Positions 15,901-25,784 of a stretch of DNA of 64,000 nt are shown piece by piece; the stretch's first letter is position 1, and each line of letters begins with the position of its first letter. Made by a program: the position numbers and the translations under genes. Source of the stretch: Candidatus Saccharimonadales bacterium (GTDB lineage: Bacteria > Patescibacteriota > Saccharimonadia > Saccharimonadales > JBBQAJ01); assembly GCA_038206875.1 (NCBI GenBank), contig JBBRAK010000001.1, positions 1,037-65,036 on the forward strand, given 5' to 3'. Under the pieces are notes generated by a model. It searched no databases and was not told where the DNA came from. It worked only from the letters and a program-made list of their open reading frames with translations.

Positions 15901-17658
15901 ATGAGTAGTAAAATCGAAATTGACAGTATGATTACCGTTGGCGCTCTAGCCGAAGAATTATCCATACCTGTGAGCAAACTAATTACCGAGCTCATGAAAA
16001 ACGGAGTAATGGCAACAGTCAATGAGCGGATTGATTTTGATACTGCGGAAATTATCGTCGGTGAGCTTGATTTAGACATAGAACTTTCCAAAAAGGACAG
16101 TAGTGCTTCAGAAAAGCCAAGAGAAAAGCCCGTAGCTAGCAAATCGGCTGGTCAGCGCCCACCGGTGGTGGCGGTAATGGGGCATGTTGATCATGGAAAG
16201 ACCAGCCTACTCGATGCTATTAGGGGTGCAAAAGTGGTTAATTCGGAAGCTGGAGGTATAACACAGCATATCTCCGCATATCAGATAAAACACGGAGACA
16301 GACAGATTACGTTTTTGGACACGCCAGGGCATGAAGCATTTGCAGCACTACGCGAACATGGTGCCGCTTTGACCGACGTTGTGGTGATTGTCGTTGCCGC
16401 AGATGACGGTATAAAACCTCAAACGATAGAAGCGATTCGGTTTGCAAAAAAAGCAGGTGTAAAAATAATCGTTGCCATAAACAAAATTGACAAAGAAGGC
16501 GCAGACATAAACCGCATAAAACAGCAGTTGTCAGAACAAGATTTACTTATTGAAGAATGGGGCGGTGACATTGTAGTTACCCCAGTATCTGCTAAAACAT
16601 CTGAAGGGATTCCCCACTTACTCGATATGATATTACTGGTTGCAGACGTAGAAGATTTACGTGCTGATACGGACGTTCCTGCCCAAGGATTGATTATTGA
16701 AGCACACATGGAGAAAGGTCGAGGTCCAGTTGCGGAAGCGCTTGTAGAGGCTGGTATGCTTAAGCCCGGGCAGTTTGTCGTAGCAGGAAGTAGCTATGCG
16801 CGCGTTCGAAATTTGGAATCAACTAGCGGTGAAATTCTCGAGTTCGCTGGTCCATCCACCCCCATAGTTATGACAGGATTCAAAATACTTCCGGAGTTTG
16901 GAGATACATTCAAAGTGGTATCAGACGAAAAAACAGCAAGAGCTATGGCAGATAAGTCAGCGTCAGATCAAAAAAGTGGCGCAAGGATGGACATAAACAG
17001 CGGTGAGCTAATTCGTATGATAAATCGCAGCAATGATGTAAATGAGTTGAATGTAATCATCAAAGCCGATGTGCAAGGCTCACTAACATCAGTGATCGAT
17101 AGTTTGAAAGCCTTAGACACTGAGGAAGTAGCCATAAGGGTTGTCGGCTCTGGAGTAGGTACTATTAATGAAAACGATGTGCATTTGGCTTCTACTACCA
17201 GTGCTATTTTGTACGGATTCCATGTACAAATGCCATCAAACGTTAAGCAACTTGCATCACGTGACAAAATCAAAATTCGACTATACAAAGTAATCTATGA
17301 GCTTATAGACGACGCTAAAGCTGAACTGCAACTATTATTGCCACCAAAGATTGTCGAAACTGTAATAGGGAGATTAGTTGTAAAAGGCGTATTTAAGACA
17401 ACTAAAACAGAAGTAATCTGTGGTGGAGAAGTGACCAAAGGTAAACTTACAGTTCCTGCGTTAGTAAAAATAGTTAGAGATAAAGAAACTATCGCGGAAG
17501 TTTCGGCAACATTATTGAAGCGTGGTCCTCAAGAAGCTAAGGAAATAGTTGAAGGCGAACTGTGTGGCGTAAGTCTCTCCACAGCCGTCAAAACGGAAAT
17601 TCTAGAAGGCGATCATTTGGAGTTTTTCATACGTGAAACTATTGCAAGAACTTTATAA
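15901..17658 (+). CDS. infB: Translation initiation factor IF-2
   Basis: G-domain motifs are present: VMGHVDHGKTSLLD, DTPGH and NKID. The C-terminal IF2 domains are also present. The SD AAAGGAG lies upstream. Confidence 0.95.
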   Translation: MSSKIEIDSMITVGALAEELSIPVSKLITELMKNGVMATVNERIDFDTAEIIVGELDLDIELSKKDSSASEKPREKPVASKSAGQRPPVVAVMGHVDHGKTSLLDAIRGAKVVNSEAGGITQHISAYQIKHGDRQITFLDTPGHEAFAALREHGAALTDVVVIVVAADDGIKPQTIEAIRFAKKAGVKIIVAINKIDKEGADINRIKQQLSEQDLLIEEWGGDIVVTPVSAKTSEGIPHLLDMILLVADVEDLRADTDVPAQGLIIEAHMEKGRGPVAEALVEAGMLKPGQFVVAGSSYARVRNLESTSGEILEFAGPSTPIVMTGFKILPEFGDTFKVVSDEKTARAMADKSASDQKSGARMDINSGELIRMINRSNDVNELNVIIKADVQGSLTSVIDSLKALDTEEVAIRVVGSGVGTINENDVHLASTTSAILYGFHVQMPSNVKQLASRDKIKIRLYKVIYELIDDAKAELQLLLPPKIVETVIGRLVVKGVFKTTKTEVICGGEVTKGKLTVPALVKIVRDKETIAEVSATLLKRGPQEAKEIVEGELCGVSLSTAVKTEILEGDHLEFFIRETIARTL

Positions 17659-17679
17659 AAACGTATAGTCGAATATGTT

Positions 17680-17955
17680 ATGGAAGTAATTCCAAAAAGT
17701 GACATATATCAAGATAAATCTCATGACAACTTAGACCACCGGCGTATGTTACGACTCGGTCAAATACTTGACGACTACACTGTCAGAAGTCAAATCGACT
17801 TTGCTCCGAAAGTAGCTACTTATCAAGCAAATAAAAAAGCAAACGCATCAATAACCTCATCAGAGGTTTATAAAACAGCTCTACGATACGGAATTATTAC
17901 AGGGATAATACTCGGATGTGTCATAGGTGGAATATTTTTGATTATAAGTAGATAA
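17680..17955 (+). CDS. Hypothetical small membrane protein
   Basis: This is a 91-aa ORF with a C-terminal TM segment GIITGIILGCVIGGIFLIIS. I recognise no family motif. Confidence 0.45.
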   Translation: MEVIPKSDIYQDKSHDNLDHRRMLRLGQILDDYTVRSQIDFAPKVATYQANKKANASITSSEVYKTALRYGIITGIILGCVIGGIFLIISR

Positions 17956-17962
17956 AGCACCG

Positions 17963-17971
17963 TGATAAAAT
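17963..17971 (+). promoter_or_regulatory. Extended -10 element (TGaTAAAAT) 6 nt upstream of the ATG at 17978
   Basis: The sequence is cgTGaTAAAATaaacctATG. There is no SD, which implies a leaderless transcript. Confidence 0.4.
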
Positions 17972-17977
17972 AAACCT

Positions 17978-18313
17978 ATGTTTAAACTCGATAATACGTT
18001 ACTTGAAGAGCTTGGCTTAGGGGGATTACCTACCGAAGAAAAAAACAAGATGCTCGCACATATTTACGAAACTCTGGAAATGCGTGTAGGGATGAAGTTG
18101 GCAGAGCAAATGACCAATGAGCAATTGGATGAATTTGAAAGCTTTATAGACAAAAATGATGAACCTGGTGCGCTAAAATGGCTCGAAACAAACTTTCCAG
18201 AATACAAAAAAGTAGTAGCTGATGAACTAGAAAAACTTAAAGCTGAAATCAAAGAATCTGCTCCACAAATTGTAGCTGCTGCAGTCCAGCCACCGGTAAC
18301 ACCAGAACAATAA
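17978..18313 (+). CDS. Hypothetical acidic helical protein
   Basis: This is a 111-aa ORF beginning MFKLDNTLLEELGLGGLPTEEKNKMLAHIYETLEMRVG. It is coding-like and has no competing ORF. Confidence 0.55.
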   Translation: MFKLDNTLLEELGLGGLPTEEKNKMLAHIYETLEMRVGMKLAEQMTNEQLDEFESFIDKNDEPGALKWLETNFPEYKKVVADELEKLKAEIKESAPQIVAAAVQPPVTPEQ

Positions 18314-18318
18314 TTCTT

Positions 18319-19371
18319 TCATATAGTATAAGGGAAGTCTATGTCTCCTTGTCCTAGTGAGCTAATACCGGGATGTCGAATATTGCCTCGTATAAATGCC
18401 TCTGCACTCATCTGTTTCTTGCCACTTGGCTGTAGGGCTTCTACTAGTAGTGATCCATTACCACATCCTATAACTAGATAATTCTTATCCCACGTAACTT
18501 TAATATCTCCCGGTAGATGTAACTTTTCAATCGCGCGAGCTTTGGTGATAATCACGTCCTTCTCTAAGAGTCTTGTGTGGCTTTTTGGCCAATTTATGTA
18601 TGCTCTAATTTCGCGCTCAATCTGTATAGCCGGTTTTTGCCAATCTATGATTCCGTCACTTTTGGTGAGCTTGCGTGAGTAGGTGGCTCGTTCGGGGTGT
18701 GGTTGGTTGCGGGGCTTAACCGAGCCTATACTGTATGCAGGTAGGTATTCTCTAAGTAGTTGATCGCTTAAATCAACCAATTCGTTGGTGAGAGAAGTGG
18801 AATTTGCGTTGGATTTAATTTGCAAGCTTTTCTGAACGATAATTTTCCCGCTGTCCAAGCCTGCATCAAGTACCATTAAACTGACCCCTGTTTTTTTCTG
18901 ACCGCTTAGAATGGAAAATGTAATGGGATCAGCTCCCCGCCATTCTGGTAAAAGTGAAAAATGACTGTTTACAATACCAAGTGGAAAATAGTTTATTGCA
19001 TCTAATCCAACCAGTATTCCAAAATCTATCAATACCGCAAGCATGCTTTTAAACGGTTTGGTGGCAAGAAGTTGAGAGATTTCAGCTTTGCTAGATACCG
19101 TATGTATAGGAAAATTCATTTGTTTTGCAATTTCTAGGACAGGGAACGGAGCTTTGTGATGGAGGGGTTGAGGTTTTGTTACCACCGCCTCAATCAAAAA
19201 ATTTTTTGACAATAGCTCCAATGACCTAGAAGCTACAGGTCCGCTACCTATAAAAACAATTGAAATTTTTTCTTTGTTGTTGAGCAAATTTGGCTTGACG
19301 TTAATTTCTGAGTTGCTCGTTTCCGGTGAAGCGGTAGATTTTTTATTGCTAAGTATAGATAATTTTTTCAC
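18319..19371 (-). CDS. fmt: Methionyl-tRNA formyltransferase
   Basis: It has IVFIGSGPVA, the formyltransferase core VNSHFSLLPEWRGADPI, and a C-terminal domain. It sits adjacent to def. Confidence 0.85.
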   Translation of the reverse strand: MKKLSILSNKKSTASPETSNSEINVKPNLLNNKEKISIVFIGSGPVASRSLELLSKNFLIEAVVTKPQPLHHKAPFPVLEIAKQMNFPIHTVSSKAEISQLLATKPFKSMLAVLIDFGILVGLDAINYFPLGIVNSHFSLLPEWRGADPITFSILSGQKKTGVSLMVLDAGLDSGKIIVQKSLQIKSNANSTSLTNELVDLSDQLLREYLPAYSIGSVKPRNQPHPERATYSRKLTKSDGIIDWQKPAIQIEREIRAYINWPKSHTRLLEKDVIITKARAIEKLHLPGDIKVTWDKNYLVIGCGNGSLLVEALQPSGKKQMSAEAFIRGNIRHPGISSLGQGDIDFPYTI

Positions 19372-19386
19372 GTTTCATATTCCAGA

Positions 19387-19977
19387 TTATTGCCATAAAT
19401 TGATATTTTTACGGATGTTATTTTCGTAATCTATCTCCGATAAGTGACCATCTTCTTGTAGTTGAAAAAATGCCTCTGAGTTATACCTAATGTGATCGAC
19501 AAACACAATTCCGTTCGTGTGATCAATTTCGTGCTGAAAAATTCGAGCTAAAAATCCATCAGCTGTGATTCTAATTTGTTTACCACTCAAATTCATTGCC
19601 TTTACTTTGACGCGTTCATACCTAGGAACTTTTCCGTATACGTTAGATATACTCAAACAACCCTCGAAATCTTCAATCAAGCCACCTTCAAATTTAACTA
19701 TCTCGGGGTTAATGAACACATTAAATGTTCGGTCATTTTTGTTGTCAAAATCATTACGTATTATGACAATCCTAAGTGGTAAATCCATCTGAATTGCGGC
19801 TAAAGCGACACCAACTTCATGCTCTCGACTATCTTCCCAGTCCAAAGTTGCATTAGACATATTGTCTACAACGTCACGAATGTTTTTATCTACTAAGCCA
19901 ACTCGTTTGGAGCGCGTACGTAAACTGGGATTCGGTAGCATTATAATATCGTTTTTTGTCGAGTTCATTGAAGTCAA
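19387..19977 (-). CDS. def: Peptide deformylase
   Basis: All three motifs are present: GVALAAIQ (motif 1), EGCLS (motif 2) and QHEIDHTNG (motif 3). Confidence 0.92.
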   Translation of the reverse strand: MTSMNSTKNDIIMLPNPSLRTRSKRVGLVDKNIRDVVDNMSNATLDWEDSREHEVGVALAAIQMDLPLRIVIIRNDFDNKNDRTFNVFINPEIVKFEGGLIEDFEGCLSISNVYGKVPRYERVKVKAMNLSGKQIRITADGFLARIFQHEIDHTNGIVFVDHIRYNSEAFFQLQEDGHLSEIDYENNIRKNINLWQ

Positions 19978-20035
19978 GTATACAGATTAGGGCAGGGTGA
20001 GTACAGTATGTCCTAAGAAGGTTTGTGATTGTAAA

Positions 20036-21964
20036 TTATAATAAGTCCCTAGGGTCAATATCAAATGTGCAATTGTTCGGTAGGTTTTTGATAACTTCAA
20101 TTAGCCTGTTTCTACTTTTGGATTTAATAACCAGATGCCACGAATATCGGCCAGCAATTTTTTCAATAAATCTAGGCGCTGGACCGTCAATTGTAAGATT
20201 GCTGTGTTGTGAGCGAAGTTTATCCGTTAAATTGCTACAGGCCGTGTAAGCACTTTTGCTACTGGAACGAGCACAACTAATTTTTAGCAAATATGCATAA
20301 GGGGGGAAATTATACAGTTTTCTCTGTTGAAGCTCGTGCTTATAAAAGCTAGCGAAGTCTTTGTTTAGGGACTGTTCCAGTAACCTACTCTCGGGTTCAA
20401 AAGTTTGCACAAACAACGATCCTTGTCGATGTCCACGATTTATTCTACCGCTAACCTGACTAATCAACTGGTATGTGAGCTCTGATGCTGTGTAATCAGG
20501 AATTTGCAAACTACTGTCTGCTTGGATAATTCCAACAACGCTCAGTTTCGGGAGGTCAAAACCTTTTACAATGCTTTGAGTACCAATCAAAATATCTATT
20601 TTTCCGCTTTGTAAATCTTGTCGTTGCTGATTCAAGCTTTGGAGTTTGGACGTATCTCCGTCGAATCGACTTATTGTAGCACCAGCAAACAATTTGGAGA
20701 TTTCAATTTCTAGCGCTTTTGTACCGATGCTTCTAAATTTCAGCTCATTGCTAGCGCATGATGGACAAGCGGTCGGTACTCTGTCTTTAAAGTCACAGCT
20801 GTGACAACGCATGTTGTAAGTATCATGATGATACGTTAGTGAGATGTCGCAGTGGGGACACATAGCCTGCCAACCACAGTTATCGCACAGCACAAGACGA
20901 GCGCTACCTCTTCGATTTAAAAATAACAAGATTTGTTCTTTGCGCTTAAGTGCAGTCGAAATTGCATCAAGCAGTGTATTAGCAATCCAAGGAGATCTAG
21001 TGAAGTCAACTTTGTTCCGGAGGTCTATGATTTTTACCGAAGAGGTAGTTTCGCTACTGATTGCTAGCTTCGTCATGCGCTCGATTGGTAGATTTTTGTT
21101 CTGAAAAGTAAAATAGTCCGAAACGAGCGGAGTTGCAGTGCCCATCACAAACCTTGCATCGTGAATGGCCGCTATTTTTGCGGCAACTCTACTGGTTTGA
21201 TAATAAGGAGATTTCTCTTGCTTGTAGGCACTGTCGTGGGCTTCATCCATGATTACTAGTCCGATATTTTTGAGTGGAGTAAAAAGAGCAGAACGGGGGC
21301 CAATAACAATCAATCCAGAGTTTGAACGACTAGCTCGGATCCAGGACAATCTACGTTCTTTTGGGGTCATGTCAGAATGAGTAACTAGTACTTTCTCTCC
21401 AAATGTTTTAGAAAAAATGTCTAGCAAAACTCCCGTGAGTCCAATCTCAGGAGTAAGAATGACCACAGACTTGCCTAGAGCCAATACTTTTTTGGACAAC
21501 TCCAGGTAAACTCTAGTTTTCCCCGTTCCGGTATTGCCATGAAGTAGAACGCTATTTAATTTTGAAGATTCAATAGATTTTAAAACAACTTGTTGTTCGG
21601 TAGTTAGGTCTGGTAATTTCATGGTGTTAGAGGTGGAAGTCTCAGCTAATATTGGAGAAAGTTTTTTTGTTAAATTTGGAGGAGTGAATAGCCCAGTTAA
21701 TGTGCCCAAAGGAGCCGGATAGTAGCTTTGTAGCCATTGCATTAAAGTAAACGATTTTTTGGGTAGATATAAATCCCACGAGTCTAAGATGCTTTTTGTA
21801 GTAAATTTGGGTTTGTTGGATGTACCTTCGACTATTCCCAGAACGGATTTTGACAAAAGAGGTACTTCAACGATTTGACCAATTTTTAGTTTTTTTTCAT
21901 ATTTGTAGGTCAGGCTTTCGTTTCCGTGGTAACGCTGGCTGGCGGCAAAAACTCGGTAGTACAT
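20036..21964 (-). CDS. priA: Primosomal protein N' (replication restart helicase PriA)
   Basis: It has Walker A LLHGNTGTGKT and a DEAH-like MDEAHD. A Cys-rich zinc insertion reads CDNCGWQAMCPHCDISLTYH....CHSCDF...CPSC. A C-terminal helicase domain follows. Confidence 0.92.
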   Translation of the reverse strand: MYYRVFAASQRYHGNESLTYKYEKKLKIGQIVEVPLLSKSVLGIVEGTSNKPKFTTKSILDSWDLYLPKKSFTLMQWLQSYYPAPLGTLTGLFTPPNLTKKLSPILAETSTSNTMKLPDLTTEQQVVLKSIESSKLNSVLLHGNTGTGKTRVYLELSKKVLALGKSVVILTPEIGLTGVLLDIFSKTFGEKVLVTHSDMTPKERRLSWIRASRSNSGLIVIGPRSALFTPLKNIGLVIMDEAHDSAYKQEKSPYYQTSRVAAKIAAIHDARFVMGTATPLVSDYFTFQNKNLPIERMTKLAISSETTSSVKIIDLRNKVDFTRSPWIANTLLDAISTALKRKEQILLFLNRRGSARLVLCDNCGWQAMCPHCDISLTYHHDTYNMRCHSCDFKDRVPTACPSCASNELKFRSIGTKALEIEISKLFAGATISRFDGDTSKLQSLNQQRQDLQSGKIDILIGTQSIVKGFDLPKLSVVGIIQADSSLQIPDYTASELTYQLISQVSGRINRGHRQGSLFVQTFEPESRLLEQSLNKDFASFYKHELQQRKLYNFPPYAYLLKISCARSSSKSAYTACSNLTDKLRSQHSNLTIDGPAPRFIEKIAGRYSWHLVIKSKSRNRLIEVIKNLPNNCTFDIDPRDLL

Positions 21965-22054
21965 AGACCCTATTATAGCTTTTAATAAAAAATGTATTGA
22001 ATTGTTGCCCGAGCTTTCATATACTTAACGTTGTAGGAGTAACAATAAGAGCTT

Positions 22055-22348
22055 ATGTTAGACGTATTTATCACTTCCAGAGTTAGACGAAAAATCATTG
22101 TCGTATATGCAAAGTACCCTGATTTTAAAACTCACGTACGTGGGCTGGCGAAACTTATCAAAGAAGACGCAGGCAACATACAAAGGGAATTAAAAAGGCT
22201 TGAAAAAATAGGTTTCCTCATTTCAGAAAGACAAGGGAATACAAAGATCTATCACACCAACAAGCAGTTTGCGATTTTTAAAGAGTTACAAAGTATAGTG
22301 TTGAAGTCACAACGACTAAGCCAAAAGAAGCAACAGATAAATCCGTAA
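22055..22348 (+). CDS. Winged-helix (ArsR/PadR-like) transcriptional regulator, small
   Basis: The 97-aa product has the pattern RRKIIVVYAKYPDFKTHVRGLAKLIKEDAGNIQRELKRLEKIGFLISERQGN, typical of a wHTH fold. Confidence 0.55.
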   Translation: MLDVFITSRVRRKIIVVYAKYPDFKTHVRGLAKLIKEDAGNIQRELKRLEKIGFLISERQGNTKIYHTNKQFAIFKELQSIVLKSQRLSQKKQQINP

Positions 22349-22350
22349 TG

Positions 22351-22379
22351 TTGCAATTCGCTATCTGTTAAGTTATAAT
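22351..22379 (+). promoter_or_regulatory. Promoter TTGCAA-17-TATAAT, -10 ends 11 nt before the rpsU ATG
   Basis: TTGCAA lies at 22351-22356 and TATAAT at 22374-22379, with the ATG at 22391. There is no SD in caattgaatat. Confidence 0.5.
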
Positions 22380-22390
22380 CAATTGAATAT

Positions 22391-22624
22391 ATGATACAAG
22401 TTACACGAAAGGACTCTAAGGAGTCGGTAGAAAATTTGATTCGCCGTTTTACTCGCAAAGTACAGCAAGGCGGTGTTGTTGCTGTTGCTAAACAAGCAGA
22501 ATTTTTTGAAAAACCTTTGAGTAAGCGTGACCGTAGGAAAAAAGCTATCATTCGTCGCGAGCGAAAAGCTATCAAAATGAAAAAAATTAAACTTGGATTA
22601 GCTCCGCCACAAAAAGAGCGTTAA
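22391..22624 (+). CDS. rpsU: 30S ribosomal protein S21
   Basis: The sequence MIQVTRKDSKESVENLIRRFTRKVQQGGVV...KRDRRKKAIIRRERKA follows the typical S21 pattern. Confidence 0.88.
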   Translation: MIQVTRKDSKESVENLIRRFTRKVQQGGVVAVAKQAEFFEKPLSKRDRRKKAIIRRERKAIKMKKIKLGLAPPQKER

Positions 22625-22685
22625 GTCATAGCCTATTCAGGTGTCGGCTTCTCTGGTACAATTTGTGGGAAATAATTGAGACATT

Positions 22686-23141
22686 ATGAAAATCAAGGCA
22701 CAAATTGATGAAGATATAAAGCAAGCTATGTTGGCTGGCGAGAAGACCCTTGTAACAACGCTAAGGGGTCTCAAGAGTGAAATTCTTTATGAGGAAGTTG
22801 CAAAAGGTGTACGAGAAGAAGGATTGGGCGAGGATGCAGTCATTGATTTGTTGGTCAAAGAAGCTAAAAAAAGACAAGAGAGTGCGGATATGTATGATAG
22901 GGGCGGTAGTGCTGAAAGATCTCAGGCCGAATCCGAAGAGAAAAAAATTATTGAAAAATATTTACCTTCTCAGCTTAGCAATGAGGAACTTGATAAGTTA
23001 GTGTCTAGTGTAATTATTGAGCTTAAGGCTACTAATATGTCTGACATGGGAAAAGTTATTTCCTCTGTAAAAAGTCGTAGTCGTGGTTCCGCAGACGGGG
23101 CAACAATTTCAAAAATTGTAAAAGAAAAGTTGTCTGTATGA
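22686..23141 (+). CDS. GatB/YqeY domain protein
   Basis: It has MKIKAQIDEDIKQAMLAGEK..TLRGLKSEI, EKKIIEKYLPSQLSNEELD, MGKVISSVKSRSRGSADG and a ...VKEKL end. Confidence 0.85.
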   Translation: MKIKAQIDEDIKQAMLAGEKTLVTTLRGLKSEILYEEVAKGVREEGLGEDAVIDLLVKEAKKRQESADMYDRGGSAERSQAESEEKKIIEKYLPSQLSNEELDKLVSSVIIELKATNMSDMGKVISSVKSRSRGSADGATISKIVKEKLSV

Positions 23142-23680
23142 TTTTACTAATGGGCATTGCTGGGTCTGGAAAAGGCACTCAGAGCAAACTACTTGCCGAA
23201 AGAGACGGTTTTGACTTGATTTCAACCGGAGAGTTACTGAGAAACTACGGATCAAAAGAGCAACACGAAAGAATGAATAACGGAGAAATTCTGGGCGACC
23301 AAGAAGTCACTAGATTGTTAGAAAATGCACTTGGAGAAACTCAAGATCAAAACAATATAATTCTTGATGGTTATCCCCGTAGGTTATCTCAAGCAGAGTG
23401 GTTATTAGGCCAGGCAAAAACTGGTAGATTTGAAGTAAGCTCAGTTATTCATCTAATTGCATCAAAACAAGCGGTAAAAGCTAGGTTACTTGAAAGAGCA
23501 CGTAACGATGACCACGACGACGGAATTGAACAAAGATTTAATGATTTTGAGCAGGATACGGTCCCAATCCTAAAGTATCTAACAGAATCTGGCGTTAAAC
23601 TCAAAGAAATAAATGCGGAAAAACCGGTAGAGGTTGTTCACGCGGAAATTGTAAATTGGCTCAAAGAGCACAGTAAGTAA
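23138..23680 (+). CDS. adk: Adenylate kinase (short form, no zinc lid)
   Basis: It has the P-loop GIAGSGKGTQ, then LISTGELLR and ILDGYPRRLSQAEW. Its start overlaps the preceding stop by 4 nt. Confidence 0.88.
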   Translation: MILLMGIAGSGKGTQSKLLAERDGFDLISTGELLRNYGSKEQHERMNNGEILGDQEVTRLLENALGETQDQNNIILDGYPRRLSQAEWLLGQAKTGRFEVSSVIHLIASKQAVKARLLERARNDDHDDGIEQRFNDFEQDTVPILKYLTESGVKLKEINAEKPVEVVHAEIVNWLKEHSK

Positions 23681-24435
23681 TGCAAATCAATATTAAGTCT
23701 GCCTCTGAAATAGATGTTATGCGTCAAGGTGGCAGAATGCTCGCGTCAGTTTTAACCGCCTTGTCGTCACAGGTTGAACCAGGGGTGAGTACAAAAGATC
23801 TGGCTGAAATTGCCAAAAAGGAACTAAAAAAACTGGGAGGACAACCAACTATTTTGGGCTATCATGGTTTTCCAGACGTACTTTGCGTTTCTGTTAACGA
23901 CGAAGTAGTGCACGGCATTCCTAGGAAAAACCATATTATTAAAGATGGCGACATCGTAAGTTTAGATTTTTGTGTAACATACCAAGGAATGATTACTGAC
24001 TCTGCTTTGTCGGTAGTGGTGGGTAATGCTAGCAATGACGTAAAAGATTTGCTAATTGCTACCGAAAGATCGCTCATGGCAGGAATAGGGGTTATAAAAC
24101 CCGGTGCGCGCGTGGGTGACATTTCCTACGAAGTACAGAAAATATTAGAAAAGAATAAAAAGTATGGAATTGTACGAGATTTGGTGGGACATGGGGTAGG
24201 TTATGAAATGCACGAGGAACCAAACGTACCTAATTTTGGTAAAAAGGGTGTTGGTCCTGTGCTGGAACCTGGAATGACGTTGGCAATTGAACCCATGGCG
24301 ACACTTGGAGGCTATGAGGTAAAGACCGACCAAGATAATTGGACTATTAGAACAGCGGATGGTTCTTGGGCGGCTCATTTTGAACACACGGTTCTAGTTA
24401 CGGACGATGGCGCAGAGATATTAACTAGTCGATAG
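23680..24435 (+). CDS. map: Methionine aminopeptidase type I
   Basis: It has VCVSVNDEVVHGIP, GDIVSLDF, DLVGHGVG, TLAIEP and AHFEHTVLVT (the metal ligand pattern). Confidence 0.93.
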   Translation: MQINIKSASEIDVMRQGGRMLASVLTALSSQVEPGVSTKDLAEIAKKELKKLGGQPTILGYHGFPDVLCVSVNDEVVHGIPRKNHIIKDGDIVSLDFCVTYQGMITDSALSVVVGNASNDVKDLLIATERSLMAGIGVIKPGARVGDISYEVQKILEKNKKYGIVRDLVGHGVGYEMHEEPNVPNFGKKGVGPVLEPGMTLAIEPMATLGGYEVKTDQDNWTIRTADGSWAAHFEHTVLVTDDGAEILTSR

Positions 24436-24487
24436 TTAGTATCAACATGTGTTGCGAAGAGAACAGGATAAGCGTTATACTTGCCTC

Positions 24488-25720
24488 ATGCGGGACGGTT
24501 CACAACCCACACATTTTTTCGGTATAGATATCGGCACCTCAACTGTTAGGTGTGTTATTGGCATGTATAATTCTGAACACCCAACGGAACTATCAATTGT
24601 TGGTCATGGGTCTGCTCCAAACATTGGCATGCGAAAAGGCGTAGTCGTTCATCTTGAGGATGTTACCGAAGCAATAACGCACGCAGTTACTGAGGCTGAA
24701 AGAATAGCAGGCATACAAATCAAAAGTGCAACAGTCAACATAAATGGAACCCATGTAAGCGGACTAAACTCTAAAGGCGTGATTGCAATAAGTTCGGCAG
24801 ACAGAGAAATCAGCACTGACGATAGGTATCGTGCAGAAGAAGCGGCCACTATAATGCAATTACCTCCAAACAGAGAAATCATACAAGTTTTTGCTAAAAA
24901 TTACCGCGTTGATGGTCAGGACAATATTAAAGATCCTGTTGGTATGAGTGGTGTCAGGCTTGAAGTAGATACCCATATAGTAACTGCGTCATCTCCAACG
25001 CTAAAGAGCCTTACGAGCGTTATGGAGCGCTCACACGTGAATTTAAACCACATAACGGTTTCCAGCCTAGCCGCTGCTGAAGCAGTGCTCAACAGGCAAC
25101 AGAAAGAGTCAGGCACCGTACTTCTGGATATTGGTGCAAGTACTACTAATTTAGTTGTCGTAGAAGACGGTGAGATTCAGCATGTAGCTATTTTGCCAAT
25201 TGGAGGAATCAATATAACTAACGACCTAGCAATAGGCCTTAAGACAGATTTGGACGTAGCAGAATCAGTAAAGATTGGTTATGCAACACTAGATGCCCCT
25301 GATTACGACACAATAACTTTGAGCGTGGATGGCGTTGAGCATACATTTACTAAGAGCGAAGTTCATATGATAACAGAAGCAAGGGTAGACGAATTATTTG
25401 AGTTCGTAGACAAAGAGTTGAAAAAAATTGGTCGGTCAAAAAAACTACCTGGAGGGGCCGTATTGGTGGGGGGCACGGCAAAGTTACCCGGTTTAGCAAA
25501 TCTTGCAAAAGAAAAACTTCAGCTTCCGGCGAGAATTGGTACTCTTCAACCGCTCCAGGGTTTAGTAGATGTTATAGATGACCCAGCATATTCGACAGCA
25601 ATTGGGCTCATGCAACTTGACATGCTACTTACACCAGAACCCAACGAGCTTCGTGGATCACCAAATAAGAAGGCGTTAGGAATGATTGAAGGGTTATTAA
25701 AAAAGCTCCGCAAATCCTGA
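24488..25720 (+). CDS. ftsA: Cell division protein FtsA
   Basis: It has the actin-fold motifs FGIDIGTSTVRCVIG, LLDIGASTTNLVV and LVGGTAKLPG. The ORF opens at GTG 24449, but the in-frame ATG at 24488 (MRDGSQP) is more plausible. Confidence 0.9.
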   Translation: MRDGSQPTHFFGIDIGTSTVRCVIGMYNSEHPTELSIVGHGSAPNIGMRKGVVVHLEDVTEAITHAVTEAERIAGIQIKSATVNINGTHVSGLNSKGVIAISSADREISTDDRYRAEEAATIMQLPPNREIIQVFAKNYRVDGQDNIKDPVGMSGVRLEVDTHIVTASSPTLKSLTSVMERSHVNLNHITVSSLAAAEAVLNRQQKESGTVLLDIGASTTNLVVVEDGEIQHVAILPIGGINITNDLAIGLKTDLDVAESVKIGYATLDAPDYDTITLSVDGVEHTFTKSEVHMITEARVDELFEFVDKELKKIGRSKKLPGGAVLVGGTAKLPGLANLAKEKLQLPARIGTLQPLQGLVDVIDDPAYSTAIGLMQLDMLLTPEPNELRGSPNKKALGMIEGLLKKLRKS

Positions 25721-25784
25721 CATTGAACAACTGGTTCGTATCAGGTATACTCCACCTTATACTAAATGAGGATGGTGAAAAATT

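Noticed and set aside
24449-24487. GTG 24449 as the ftsA start. In the same category: 14770 for rpsA, 27945 for nrdJ, 34306 for rplU, 34703 for the membrane protein, 53880 for the orphan and 63034 for the heliorhodopsin.
   Set aside because: In each case a downstream in-frame ATG has better SD spacing or promoter geometry and gives an N-terminus matching family expectations. The upstream codons are simply the longest-ORF extension.
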